NCBI GenBank assembly: GCA_965649825.1
Contig: OZ287707.1
Span: 774,292-838,291, forward strand
Source of the DNA: Penicillus capitatus
Taxonomy: Eukaryota; Plantae; Chlorophyta
Reading direction: 5' to 3'
DNA: 64,000 nt
Position numbers and translations under genes: made by a program. The notes beneath the pieces are model-generated. The model searched no databases. It worked only from the letters and a program-made list of their open reading frames with translations, and was not told the origin of the DNA. Positions 1-11,746 of the stretch are shown here, in pieces (position 1 is the stretch's first letter; the number at the start of each line of letters is the position of its first letter).

Positions 1-560
1 GATACGCAGTCAAGCTGAGTCGCTTTGTGAGAATCAAACCAGCAGCTACGGTTAGTAAGGCGGCAACACAGGTTAACAAACCAGGCGTAACACAGTCGAT
101 GATCTTTAGAGACGTAGAAGTTGTTGTTCCAAATCGCTGTTTCTGCCGTCCTTCACGAGCAACAAGCTTAGTGCTTTAGATGCCGTCTGTTCTAGGAACT
201 CGATGTATGAAAGATCGTGTTCTCTTCGACAGCGGATTCTTTGTTGTCTACCCACATGTTTTGCAAAGGAATGTTTCTGAAACATACTGTATAACCCCTT
301 CCGTTCACATCGCATACCTGAAAACCGTTGCGTTGATACGAATATGTACTGGGCCTTACAAGGGGGATTAAGAGAGAACGCCCACCCTTGTGCCAGACAA
401 ACATGAAGTAGTTGTGCAGGAAATATGAAAGGCTCTTCGAGTGAACATACGAGTCGGACGCTGGTTTCCAGCTATCAAACAAGAAGAGATAAAGAAACGC
501 TCTTCAAAGCATGCTAGCAGGACTTGATGCGCATGTTCACAGGAATAAAATACAGAAGGG
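1..560 (-). CDS. Partial multi-exon hypothetical protein (runs off left edge)
   Basis: Plausible GT-AG introns join ...YFLHNYFMFVWHK|AQYIFVSTQRFS|VCFRNIPLQNMW; no family recognised. Confidence 0.3.
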
Positions 561-596
561 AACGCATCTGTTTCAAATGGAAAACAGTTTGCGTGC

Positions 597-617
597 TGGT
601 TGGTTGGTTGGTTGGTT
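597..617. repeat. Short (TGGT)n microsatellite
   Basis: ggt tggttggttg gttggttg visible in sequence. Confidence 0.6.
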
Positions 618-908
618 GTCTGATGCATGTTTCCTAGAAAGGTCGCCGATTTGGGTCCATTCGGACGAATGCCTTTACCTCCACTCGCTAATTCTAACGG
701 CATGCCGGCGTGTTGACCATAGAGTGTATCTCGCAATGACACGCTCAAGCGAAACAGCCAAACTGACACAGCAAACACACAGGCCGAATCATCTGTTGGA
801 CGAAACTCAGAAGATCGGAAGTGAAAAGCAGCGACATTTGTCATACAACGAAAAAGGGGCACCAGCCAAACGGCGGACACATAGTATCATTCCACCACAA
901 AGATGCTG

Positions 909-3900
909 TTACGCAGATCGTATCAACTCCAAGATTCCTGGGTACTCATCTTCGAAGCAGCTCTCGACATGCGATACAAGTGAATGGGCCTCGTCTCTTT
1001 TGTATGCGCCCAAAGATTCTGACGTCTTTGCGTGGAGGACGATGTTCACTTCGTCGTTGTGTATAGTTTCTTCTATTGTGACAGGAAATTCGAACAGAAG
1101 CTCGACAAGGTGTCGTGTGCTTTCGGGATATTCCCCTGTGATGACTTTCGAAATCAGGTCTCGAAATGTATCGCGTATGATGTCATCGTCTTCCGTTTTC
1201 GCGTCCATATCGCCGTTGTCGTTTGCCTCTCCAAAGGCACCGCTAGAAGAGGACGGTCCTGCGATCGAGGCGTGACGGTTGATATCTTCTTCCGTTCGGT
1301 AGGCACCTCGGCGAGTATCTTGCCAAACATCATTGGATGCCAAGTAACCGTCCGGTATTTGACGTGCTGCCGTTTGAACGGTCTCCTTGGCGTCCTTCGC
1401 CGCTCGGCCGACATCTTCGCTCTCGTCTTCCGTTCCTCTTTCGAGCATCGGCATCAGAAAGGCGGCGCAACTAGGCTCTGCCTCCACGATCTTCCCGACG
1501 ACCTCCATCGCTTTCTCTCGCACATCTTCATGTACATTTCCGCATGCCAATTCGATCAAAGGCATGACATCACTTAGGAGCGACGGGTTCGCCATCAAGA
1601 CGCGGCCGATCATGAGTGTTGCTACGACTCGCACGCCTTCTTCCGGATCTGAGATACCGCGTTCCAATAACGGCAGAAATTCATTCAAGAGCTTAGGCGA
1701 CCGGGACAAAAATGCCTCAGACGACAGCATTGCCATGATTCTCACTCCCTGATCCGCATCCACACATCCTCTCTTGAGAATGGACATGAGTTTCACTGCA
1801 TAACGGGGCGCCTTCTTGGCGATATTTCCAACGACCATGATGATTCTCTGCCTAACATCTTCGTCTAGATCCGTGTATCTGACGTCAAGCATAGAAAAGA
1901 GCTCGGCAGAGAGCTTTGGAACGTGTGTCATAAGATCTTGTATCATGTCTAAGGCTTGTTTGCGGATGCGAGGGCTTCGATCTGACAATTTGGCACGTGC
2001 CATTCCTACCAAGGTAGTCAAGTGACGTGGCGCGTGTTTTGCAAGTTTTACAACATCTTCAAATATATGCGTGCCGATGAGATCTTCAGTTCTTTGGGTC
2101 TCTGTGAACGTGTCAAGAACCGTAGAGAATCCGGATATCAGATCGCGATATTGATCGAGCTTGTCCATGACGAGGTTCCAAAGTCGAGTGCTCGGTTCCA
2201 ATTGCATAAGCACATGCACCAATGCATCCATCACTTGCGAAGCCGTCCCACCAATCCAATCATCATCGACAGACGAATCCACCAATCCAGCTGCCCACTC
2301 GTCAAGAATTTGAAGCTTCAAGAAAAAGTGTTGCACGCCGAGGATCTCGACCGGCGATCGATCGATCGACGAGAACACTTCGCGAACGACAACTGTACCG
2401 CGCCAGTCTGCAAGGGCCTGTGCCGTGAGAGCAACGATCATCCGGCTCTTTCTCTCATATTTTCTCTTTGTTAAGAAATCCGCCGATTCCTGTCGCTCTC
2501 TCGAAGTTCCTTTTCTCAATCGATATGCGATATATCTTCCAGCAAAGTACTCTTGGAACGTCCTATTAGGAAAATAGTACTTGTCTTTTTCCATATCAAA
2601 AAACACGTATCCGCTGTCCCTTAGCATTCCCATGACCACCCCAGTTGATGCTTGCTCTTCGAAAAGGCTTCGATCGATCAGCCTCTGGTCCTTTTGGACG
2701 GCACGGAAGGCGATGACATCTATGCGTCGCAAAACATCTTCGCGCAAAACTCTATCCATGCGTGGCCGTCTTGAAAATCGAGACCACAGCATGTTAACAA
2801 TCTTCGTGTACAGTGAGAAGACGCTCTTTCTTCGCTTTTCGTGCACGAGTGTCTCTTCATTGTCTGCCCAGAAGAGAGATAGAATATAGGCCATCACTGG
2901 GATATGCATGAGCGTCCACAACTCGGGATTCGATTTGAAGTACTTCATGAATTCGTTGAAGGAGCTGGTCGAGAGCTCACTGCTGGCAAATGTCTTCACC
3001 TGTTCATCATCCATACCCAGACACTCGACCACACGATCGGCAAAAAGCAGTTCCCCACGAAGACCGTAAGAGGCACTGAACAAGAGTATCTTGCACCGGC
3101 ATTCTTTGGCATGCGTTATGATTCCGCTGGCGAGTTCGTCAGCTTTGTCGATGCCATCGAGCACCAACAATGTCCGTTGTGAATTGAGGTTGTCGTGTAT
3201 TTGCGTGCGGAGCGATTGACTGATAGGGTCCCTGCGGTCTGAGTAACAGATATCTGCTATGGCTTCTTCCAGCGTCAACGAACCCCTTCCGCCTTCGTCC
3301 ACACTGCACAGCTTTCTCACGGGAAGAACGTACATGGTCTTGAATTCTCTCATAAACCCGCCCTGTGTCCAATTGTATGCCAACATTCGACTCAAGCACG
3401 TCTTTCCGGAGCCAGAATTTCCGTAGATGAGCACTTTCCTTATCACGGCAGCTCTCGGTCCCGATTCGCATGCCTCTCTCAGTCTAAAAAGGTACTCCGG
3501 GTTTATGCGTTTTCTTGTATCGTGAGCCCAAGTGAACTGGGCATTTACTGGATCGTATCCAGATCCTGCTTCCATACTCCACTCGACCAATTTTTCATTA
3601 TCGGGATTGTCATAGGCAACAATAGAGAACTCCATATCCTTCACATGCCTGCACGCACCGTTGTTGACAAGAGACGGCGCCTTTAATGACCAATGCATCA
3701 GCGAATGGATATGACAAGGAGGATCGATGATACCTTGGTAAAGTCATACTGATTGTAGGCTTTGACGAGATCCCGCAAACCGCGATAAACTTCCTCAAGG
3801 GGAATGTACCCTATCATCTCTCCAAGCGTGATTGAGAGTTCCTTGTTCCAATAACTTCGTGGTCTGCTCTCGCGTTGGATTTTGAGTTTCTCTTCAAACG

Positions 3901-5275
3901 TGCCAAATCGCAGCCATCTATCCAGAGTCTTGTCGGACGCCGCAGTGCGGTTGCCATGCAGATGACGAAGTGCTGCTTCCGTCTCTTCTCTTAGCACGCA
4001 GCGCACATGGACTCGGTAGATGGATTTGAACAAGAGGTCAAAGAGATCTTCATCTTCCGCCCATGATTCATCGGTCGCACGTGTCACACATAGATCCGTT
4101 AGCATTTTTGCCGCTCTCTTTCGGACATCCGTGGCATGTGCCCCAATGGATAACTGCCGGAGTTCATAAATGATACCGAATCTCAGTGCCTTTTGCTCTT
4201 CCTCTCCCTTCAGGTCGTGCTGAATCTCGATTATGGCGTTACACCAATCGGTGAAACTCTCCATATCCTCAGCTCTTTGCAGTGCCTTCATTCCGGCGTC
4301 GGCCAGTTTCTGAATCAGATAGAGCCAGTGTTCTTCTTGGATGCCAGCAGTGCTTCCCGCTTTTATTTTTTCGACTGCATTCTTCGGTGTCAGTTCACGG
4401 AGGTCCATGGAGGACATCGATGGCATCAGCTTCTGAATCATCTGGTGCATTCCAAACGCCTCTGCGATGCTTTGTCGTAACGATCGCCTGCGAAGAGAGG
4501 AATCATCCGTCGCTGTCAGACGTTCAATGCTCTTTTCGATAATCATGAAATGAAAATGCACAGGGTAGTACTTAAACGAGCTCCCCAGTTCTCGACGTTT
4601 TTCTACGACCAGCTGACGGAATTCCTGTTTCTTAACGCGAGACAATCGAGGCTGCGAGAACGTTTCTAGATATCCGAGAATAAACCTCAGAGAAAAGAAA
4701 GTCGATTTATGATCTTTGAAACTGGATCTGTTGAGAATTGGCCTTCGCGCCAGACTTGAGAGAAGCTTTTCGGTTAAAGACAGCAATTGGGTCGTATCTT
4801 CGAACACAACGGGAGGCATATTCAAAAGGGTCTCGTACAGAGCCTTCCCTGTATTTGTCTCTACAAACTGGTCGGGCTTGAAACGGCTACTGATGTTGAC
4901 CAGCAAGGTTCTAAGCAGCTCTTCGTCTTCTCGTGTCTTCGGGACAATTCTTGAAATTTCAGCGTAGTCAAGGACAGCTTCCGGATGGAGGGATTTTTCA
5001 GTTTTCTCGCCGTAGAGACGCAGCCACTTGTACAAGGCGGTTCTCTGGTGCTCGGAACTTTCTCGGTTGTACACAGCAACCAGTGACGACGTTTTTCTGA
5101 TGTTGTTGTCAATAGACAGCTCACGCAGCAATCGACGCTCATCAGTTTCGCGGAGCGAAGAAACAACCCTGTCCTCGGGAGGCTTCGAAACGACCATGCC
5201 GCCAGGAGGCTTCGAAAAGGGAGATGGTCCTTGAGGGCGAGGCCGTTCGCTTTGGTCAACGATTTCGGATGCCAT
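909..5275 (-). CDS. NLR-like STAND protein: helical N-terminal domain + NACHT NTPase + HEAT/ARM repeats (~1430 aa)
   Basis: ORFs 3698..5275 and 909..3698 are joined in frame by a 53-nt GT-AG intron 3733-3681 (FTK|APSL). Walker A GNSGSGKT, Walker B LLVLDGID, FQEYFAG motif, then HEAT repeats of the (D)xxxxVRxxA type. Confidence 0.85.
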
Positions 5276-5708
5276 GGTCGCGTCTGTCTCCTAAAAGAAG
5301 ACGACAACAAAACGACTGAGGCGTTTAGAAAAATTGTGGTAGCAATTGGTTCATTCGACAACACCAAAACAGTGACCGTCGTGTCGCATGACACGTCAAT
5401 TCTATTCACGCGGTACGTGCTGTTATTCTAATGGTTCTAATGCATGGCACAAAAGGCATGGGTACTGCATGGAGTACCAGTCAGCATACCAATTACAATC
5501 AACTCAACATCATCGACAATTGTGTGGACCGCCGCCGGTTGGAAGCCAGCCTCAAATGATGGAACTTTGCTTTATGGGTCTAATGACACGATTATATCCA
5601 TTCCTTGTGGAAGTCTCCGTGACTAGGAGGTATTCAGTGGACAAGAGCACAGAGGGTGATGATTAAAACACGTCCACAAAGTCACTGTTCCTTTTCCGCA
5701 TTCGAGAT

Positions 5709-6371
5709 CTACTTCAGTTTCAGAATCTGCGACAGTTCTCCGTTCTCGTGCATCTGTCTCAGAATATCACATCCGCCAACAAATTCCCCATCCACGAAAA
5801 CCTGCAAAGTCGAAAAGGTTATCAACGATCGGCGTCCTGTAGATGGAAACGGAGTGACCTGTGGAATCGTTGGCCAGTTCGAGAATTTCTTGATGCTTTC
5901 GCGCAGATCGGGATCGTCCAACACATTTCGACTCCCATACTTTGCCCCTGTCACATCACAACAACCTTACAGCAGTCGCACGTCAGTGATCCGAGCACCG
6001 TATGCTTCCAGGATACGACAAGCGACGTTGCTAAAGCCGCACATAGGTGCCTCAGGAACTCCCTATATGCATCACCCATTCGTCCATAAGTCTATCCATG
6101 ACATAACCTTCATATAAACGAAGATCTTGTTCGTGGAGATGTCGTTTTTGATAGTCTCAAAGACATCTGGTGCTGTTTCTGGGTCTCTTGTTTGAGGCTT
6201 AAAGTCGTCGTGGGTGCCTTCACTGCCAACAGTCTCCGAGAGCATGCGGGGCCACTGCCATCCCTGCTCTGCAAACGCATTCACAAAATAGAGCAACGTT
6301 CTCGTACTGGAGAAATGTGTGGCGGCGGCAATCCGTCCTCCCAGGAACGCACTTCTGGCGATAGACAACAT
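5709..6371 (-). CDS. GRXS15: Monothiol CGFS glutaredoxin, probably mitochondrial (Grx5/GRXS15-like)
   Basis: Spliced IFVYMK|[11 protein letters not shown]...NWPTIPQ|[12 protein letters not shown]; N-terminal presequence-like [13 protein letters not shown]. Confidence 0.92.
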
Positions 6372-6406
6372 CGATGAAAGGTTTAATGACTTCGTGGAGG
6401 GCGAAG

Positions 6407-8613
6407 ATGACGATTGCAGAAAGCAGCAGCGCAGCTCGTCCATGGATCCATACACGACATACTACACCGGCGTGTTCCCAGCTGCGACGTCAGAAGGAAG
6501 TCGCGACGAGGGGACCAGTGCGACGCTGGGGACCTCGGGGCCCAAGGCAGGATCCTCGGCGTCCGTGTATCATCTTTCAAGCTGTTTCGGATACCGGCAG
6601 TCGAGAAACGGCACAGGAAGTCGTCTTCGGTGACGGCAAAGTGATCAAAGTACAACAGGATTGCTTGCTGTCCTGCTTTGCTGCAAGACGTGAGTGAGAT
6701 CAGGTCCCTCCATCAAGGATTCGAAATTTCTCCATCATTGCCCACATCGACCATGGCAAATCGACATTGGCAGATCAGCTGTTACTCAAAACGCAGACCG
6801 TCAGCGATCGCGAGATGCAAGCTCAGTTTATGGATATGAATGCGATTGAGCGAGAGCGAGGCATTACGATAAAATTGAACACAGCCCGAATGAAATATAA
6901 AGCACAAGATGGCCACCTCTATGCCCTGAACCTGATTGATACGCCAGGTCATGTGGATTTTGGCTACGAGGTCTCGCGTTCCTTGGCGGCATGTGAAGGA
7001 GCTCTCCTCGTTGTCGATGCTGCTCAAGGCGTCGAAGCACAGACTCTGGCAAATGTCTATCTGGCATTAGAGAATAACTTGGAGATCGTCGTTGTCCTCA
7101 ACAAGATCGATTTGCCAGGCGCAGCACCGGCACGAGTGAAACAAGAGATTGAAGATGTGATTGGATTGGATGCCTCGGATGCTCTGTTGGTTTCGGCAAA
7201 GAACGGAATTGGCATTGATGAGCTACTGGAAGCCATCGTTCGCAAAATCCCTCCACCCCAGGTCTGCAAGGACCCCTATGCACTGAGTGCATGTCTGTCT
7301 GCAGGCATTGATAGATGATCCTCTAAGAGCACTGATTTTTGACAGCTACTATGATGATTACAGAGGAGTGATCTGTCAGTTTCGTGTGACGGACGGCGAG
7401 ATTCGTTGCGGCGATCGCATTCGATTGATGAACACCGAAAAGGAATTTGAAGTGGATGAGCTCGGCGTACTGGCTCCACATCGTGTCCAGGTCGATTGCC
7501 TTTTCTCTGGCGAAGTTGGCTACCTAGCAGCTTCCATCAAACAAGTCTCCGATGCCCGTGTGGGTGATACCATTACCATGCAGAAGACACCGGCCAACGA
7601 GCCCCTTCCCGGATATGCCGAAGCGCGGCCCATGGTGTATTGTGGACTCTTCCCAACCTCGGCAGATCAATACCAAATGCTGAGGACGTCACTCGATAAA
7701 CTGCAGCTCAACGATGCAGCTCTTGTCTTCGAACCTGAGAATTCTGTGGCCATGGGATCCGGTTTCAGATGTGGTTTTCTGGGTTTGCTGCACATGGAAA
7801 TTGTCCAGGAACGCTTAGAACGCGAATACGATTTGGATCTGATCATTACGGCACCCACTGTTGTGTACAAGTGCACGACATTGGATCATCAGGAAATCAT
7901 TGTTTCGAATCCCAATGACCTGCCCGAGCCACAAAAGAGGAAATCGCTGTTTGAGCCTTTCTGCAGAGTGGAAATCATTACACCCAAAGACTATGTCGGG
8001 CCAGTCATGGATCTCTGCCAAAGCAGAAGAGGAGAATACGTATCCATGCAGTATCTGAACGAACAGAGAACATCGCTGGTGTACTTCATTCCTCTGGCAG
8101 AAGTGGTCACAGATTTCTTTGACGCACTGAAGTCCAGAAGCAAAGGATATGCATCCATGGAGTATACACTGGGCGATTACCGAGAGAGCGATCTGGTCAA
8201 GTTGGAGATTCGGATTAACAACGAAGCGGCAGATCCGCTGGCCACGATTGTCCACAGAGACAATGCCTATGTCGTCGGCAAAGAACTGGCAATCAAACTG
8301 AAGGAGCTCATTCCCAAGCAACAATTCCGAGTTCCTATTCAGGTAAACCATGGCCATAGCTCCCTGGAGGTGTGCATTGGCTGGATGGTAGGCAGCGATC
8401 GGGTCACGGGTCATTGCGTCGGCGGTCATTCCTGCTTTGAGGAAAGATGTATTGGCCAAATGCTACGGAGGCGATATTACCCGCAAAAAGAAGCTACTGA
8501 AGAAACAGGCCGCAGGGAAGAAACGCATGAAATCTATTGGAAAGGTGGCGATTCCGCAAGAAGCCTTTATGGCTGTACTGCAGGTTGGAAAGCCAAAGGA
8601 GAAGGAGGAGTGA
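6407..8613 (+). CDS. lepA: Translation factor LepA/EF-4 (GUF1), plastid-type with transit peptide
   Basis: [64 protein letters not shown]; introns near 6650, 7261 and 8343. Confidence 0.97.
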
Positions 8614-8743
8614 GCAATGTCTTCCATCGTGTTCTTGACAAGATAAAAACGTGTTCTATGCATATCGAGAACAATGTGCAAACAGACAGCCAAATGGCCT
8701 CATATCGATGAACGTTTGATGATTTTCTTCGCAAAATGATAGG

Positions 8744-10522
8744 CTATGTACCAGGAATGCCTAAGAATCCTGCTTTCTCTAGAAAGGCGTTCAGTTCTTC
8801 ATCGCTGTTAGCATCCAGCTCTGGGATTTCCCGATCGAAATGCTTTGCGATCGCTTCCATCACTTCGAGGTCGTCACCCTGTGGGGCAGATACAGAAAAC
8901 AAAGAGAGATAGAGTAGCTTAGTACCCGATCGCGTTCGACATCGGCGAGATTGAAGGCCACTCCGCGTCGTCGAAATCGTCCACTTCTGCCAACTCGATG
9001 AAGGTAAGTTTCGTAAGCAGGTTCACCCGTTTCGTAAATCCTGGGAATGTCGAAGTTGATGACAACATTCACCTAACAGATCAGAATTGCAACGATCCGA
9101 TTTCGATGGAGAGTGGACAGACATCGAAGACATCGAATCCACGAGCCAAGACATCGGTAGAGACCAAGATGCTTGTCACAGATTTCCGGAACTCGTCGAT
9201 CACCCGATCCCGATCGTCGAAATCCATTTCTCCAGAAATGGCCGTCACACTCCAACCGTAGCCTGTACAGCACGATCCACGACGCCCCACTTTAAGTCAG
9301 TCTCACGTCCAAGGACTTTGTGCAGCGTCCGTGCTGAAGACCGTGTGCGCACAAAAATGATACACTTTCCATTTGTACAGCATTCCAGGATGCGTTCGCT
9401 GACAACTCTGATCTTGTCATAATATCCATCCACCTTGACAACCACCTGAGCGATCGTATCCAACGAGAGCTCCTCCTTTGGCAAGTAGATCTGTCACATC
9501 AATCTTCCATTCCAGAATGGATCGATGATCAGGGGCGTCGTTGCCTTCTGAACGTCATGTCTCTGAGGGAACGTCGAAAAAATGATCTGCGCGTGCTGCT
9601 TAACCTTCTCGTTAAAGGTCGCCGAGAAGAGTAGAATCTGAGGCGAATCTGTTTCCCCATGCAGTTGGATCAGTAGCATCATGCTCTCGGTCTTGAAACC
9701 ATCCTGATCCAACATGACGTCCGCTTCATCAAAAACCACAACTTTTAAATGCTTGAAAGACAGCCGTCCCTGCGCTCTCCACCTCAACAATGTTCCCATC
9801 GTACTCACAACCACCTGGATGCGGTATTAGTTGAGCAGATAGGCGGAATCCTTGCCATTTCGGTAATGGGCCGCCGGAGCTTGTCGATTTCAGTCGATCG
9901 GCCTGTAGAAATGGTCGTCACACCTGTGTGCCCTCCCATCTTCCGAACCACGTCTTCGTTCTGAATGGCCAACTCCCGTGTCGGGACAACGATCAAAGCC
10001 TGGGGTTCGCGAGTCTTATATTCCAGGCGCGTCAAGATACAGAGAACGAAGCAACACGTCTTGCCAGAGCCATTTTGCGCCTGTTATCATTTTTCCACGA
10101 AATTACTCACTCCCCTTAGTGCCAGATTCCACCTGTGCCACGATTGAGTGGAATGGCGATTTGCAGATCAATGGCAATGAGAGCGCTTGAATCTCGGATG
10201 GCCGATCGAAACGCATTTCCGAGTAGAGGCCCCTCAAGACGTCTTCAGGGAGATTGAATGCTTCAAACGACGTAACTTCGCGCGCTTCAAAGATCGCGTT
10301 ATGTACATAGGTCTTCTTGAGAAGCTCTTCTGTCCAGTCGTCCGGCCGTTCGGAGACCTGATGCCGCAGAACATCGTCTCAGAGCAATCGAAGATGCTAT
10401 CTTTTTACCTCCTCCCCATGCGTAGACGTGACTTGCTCGAAACGGGATGGTGTGGGGAGAGGGTGAACAAGGGCTGCCGTCAACGGAGGTGGTAGTTCAG
10501 GAAACGCGAAGGGAAACGCCAT
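8744..10522 (-). CDS. DBP5: DEAD-box RNA helicase Dbp5/DDX19 (mRNA export)
   Basis: [56 protein letters not shown]; start codon tentative. Confidence 0.92.
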
Positions 10523-10678
10523 TTCGATAAACGACACCTTTGACGACAGCAAACGATCGGACAGGATAGGACAAGAGCGTTCGCGGTACAATGACACGCG
10601 TTCTCACTGAACACGTTATCACGGAGAAAAGACGAACCCTTTCAGGCGGTTATCTCTCAGCGCACGAACATACCATTC

Positions 10679-11700
10679 TCAAAAATCAAGCCATTTGTCA
10701 AAGTACACGCAGAGCTCCGGCGAAATGTGTCCACCCGGTCGACAGTCGTGGAACACGGGACAGACGCCGCAGGGAAGAGAAGTGAGGGCGGATGATTCGG
10801 GAAGAGTGAGGAGAGTGGGGCGGTAATGCACGCCGTCAGGCGATTCCACTTCATCGATGCGGCCTTCATAGACAAGAGTGTCCAACACACTCTTGACATT
10901 CTCATCGCGCAAATGCACTTTAGAAAGGCGCTTGTCTTTGATAAACGACGAGATCTCTGCCAGAGAAGCCGTACCAGAAAGCGTGATCTTCTTGTAACAT
11001 GCTTTGCGCAGAACTTCAATGAATTCCGTGTCTTTTTCCGTATCGGTGTACCTGAGGTGGCAAAAAGGCGTAAAGGTAGGTGTCTTGTCTTGGGAATTAA
11101 TACCAGGCGCCACCGGTGAGATGCTCTGCTGGCTCCAGTGTAAAGAGAATGTACATTTTGCGGGTTTTGTTCTCGACGGGACGGAATGTCTTGACGAGAT
11201 GACGGTTTTCTAGATTCTTCAGAATCTTATTCAGAACAGGCTGTGCAAATTTCGTTCGGTATCGCAGATCCCTCGTCCAGATGCCTACAATCCACTCCTC
11301 TATGTCACGCGCCTCCCTTTTTGCCATCTACCCGAGTTGCCCGTCTGTTCGATGGTTTGGTAAACGAGAATGTCTTCCGGAGTCAGACCTCGAAATCTAA
11401 ACCGCTTGAGGCATAACAATCGAGGAAAGGGCATTCACTTGACGGCCTGTTCCAAATTGACGAGTTTATAGACCAATCCATCCCCTGAGCTAAAGAGTTC
11501 GATGCGTGAGGTCTGGAGGAGTTTGTTGATCGTCGCTGCACGTTCTTGCAGGGACAGTTTGTGTCCCACCTCTTCATGCAACGTCTCATCGTTCACTCCC
11601 TTCAGCGAAGATGCCGTCATAGACGACGTCGGCAGGATAGACAGACGTCTGGGTGTTTTTTGCAGACATCGAGAATGAGCTTTTCGGCATCGGTGGCCAT
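10679..11700 (-). CDS. RPC34: RNA polymerase III subunit C34/RPC6
   Basis: GIWTRDLR, LVKTFRPVENKTRKMYILFTLEPAEHLTGGAWY, C-terminal CGVCPVFHDC...C Fe-S motif. Confidence 0.93.
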
Positions 11701-11746
11701 GATATGGAACAGATGATCGCGTCGATGACGACATGAATGCGCGCCG

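Noticed and set aside
511-1275. 254 aa plus-strand ORF overlapping the NACHT gene end
   Set aside because: TTG/non-ATG-type start, no motifs, partly an antisense shadow of a real CDS
3696-3700. TGATG stop/start overlap suggesting prokaryote-style translational coupling or stop-restart between two genes
   Set aside because: It lies inside a canonical 53-nt GT-AG intron whose removal fuses the ORFs in frame, which is the simpler explanation in this intron-rich genome
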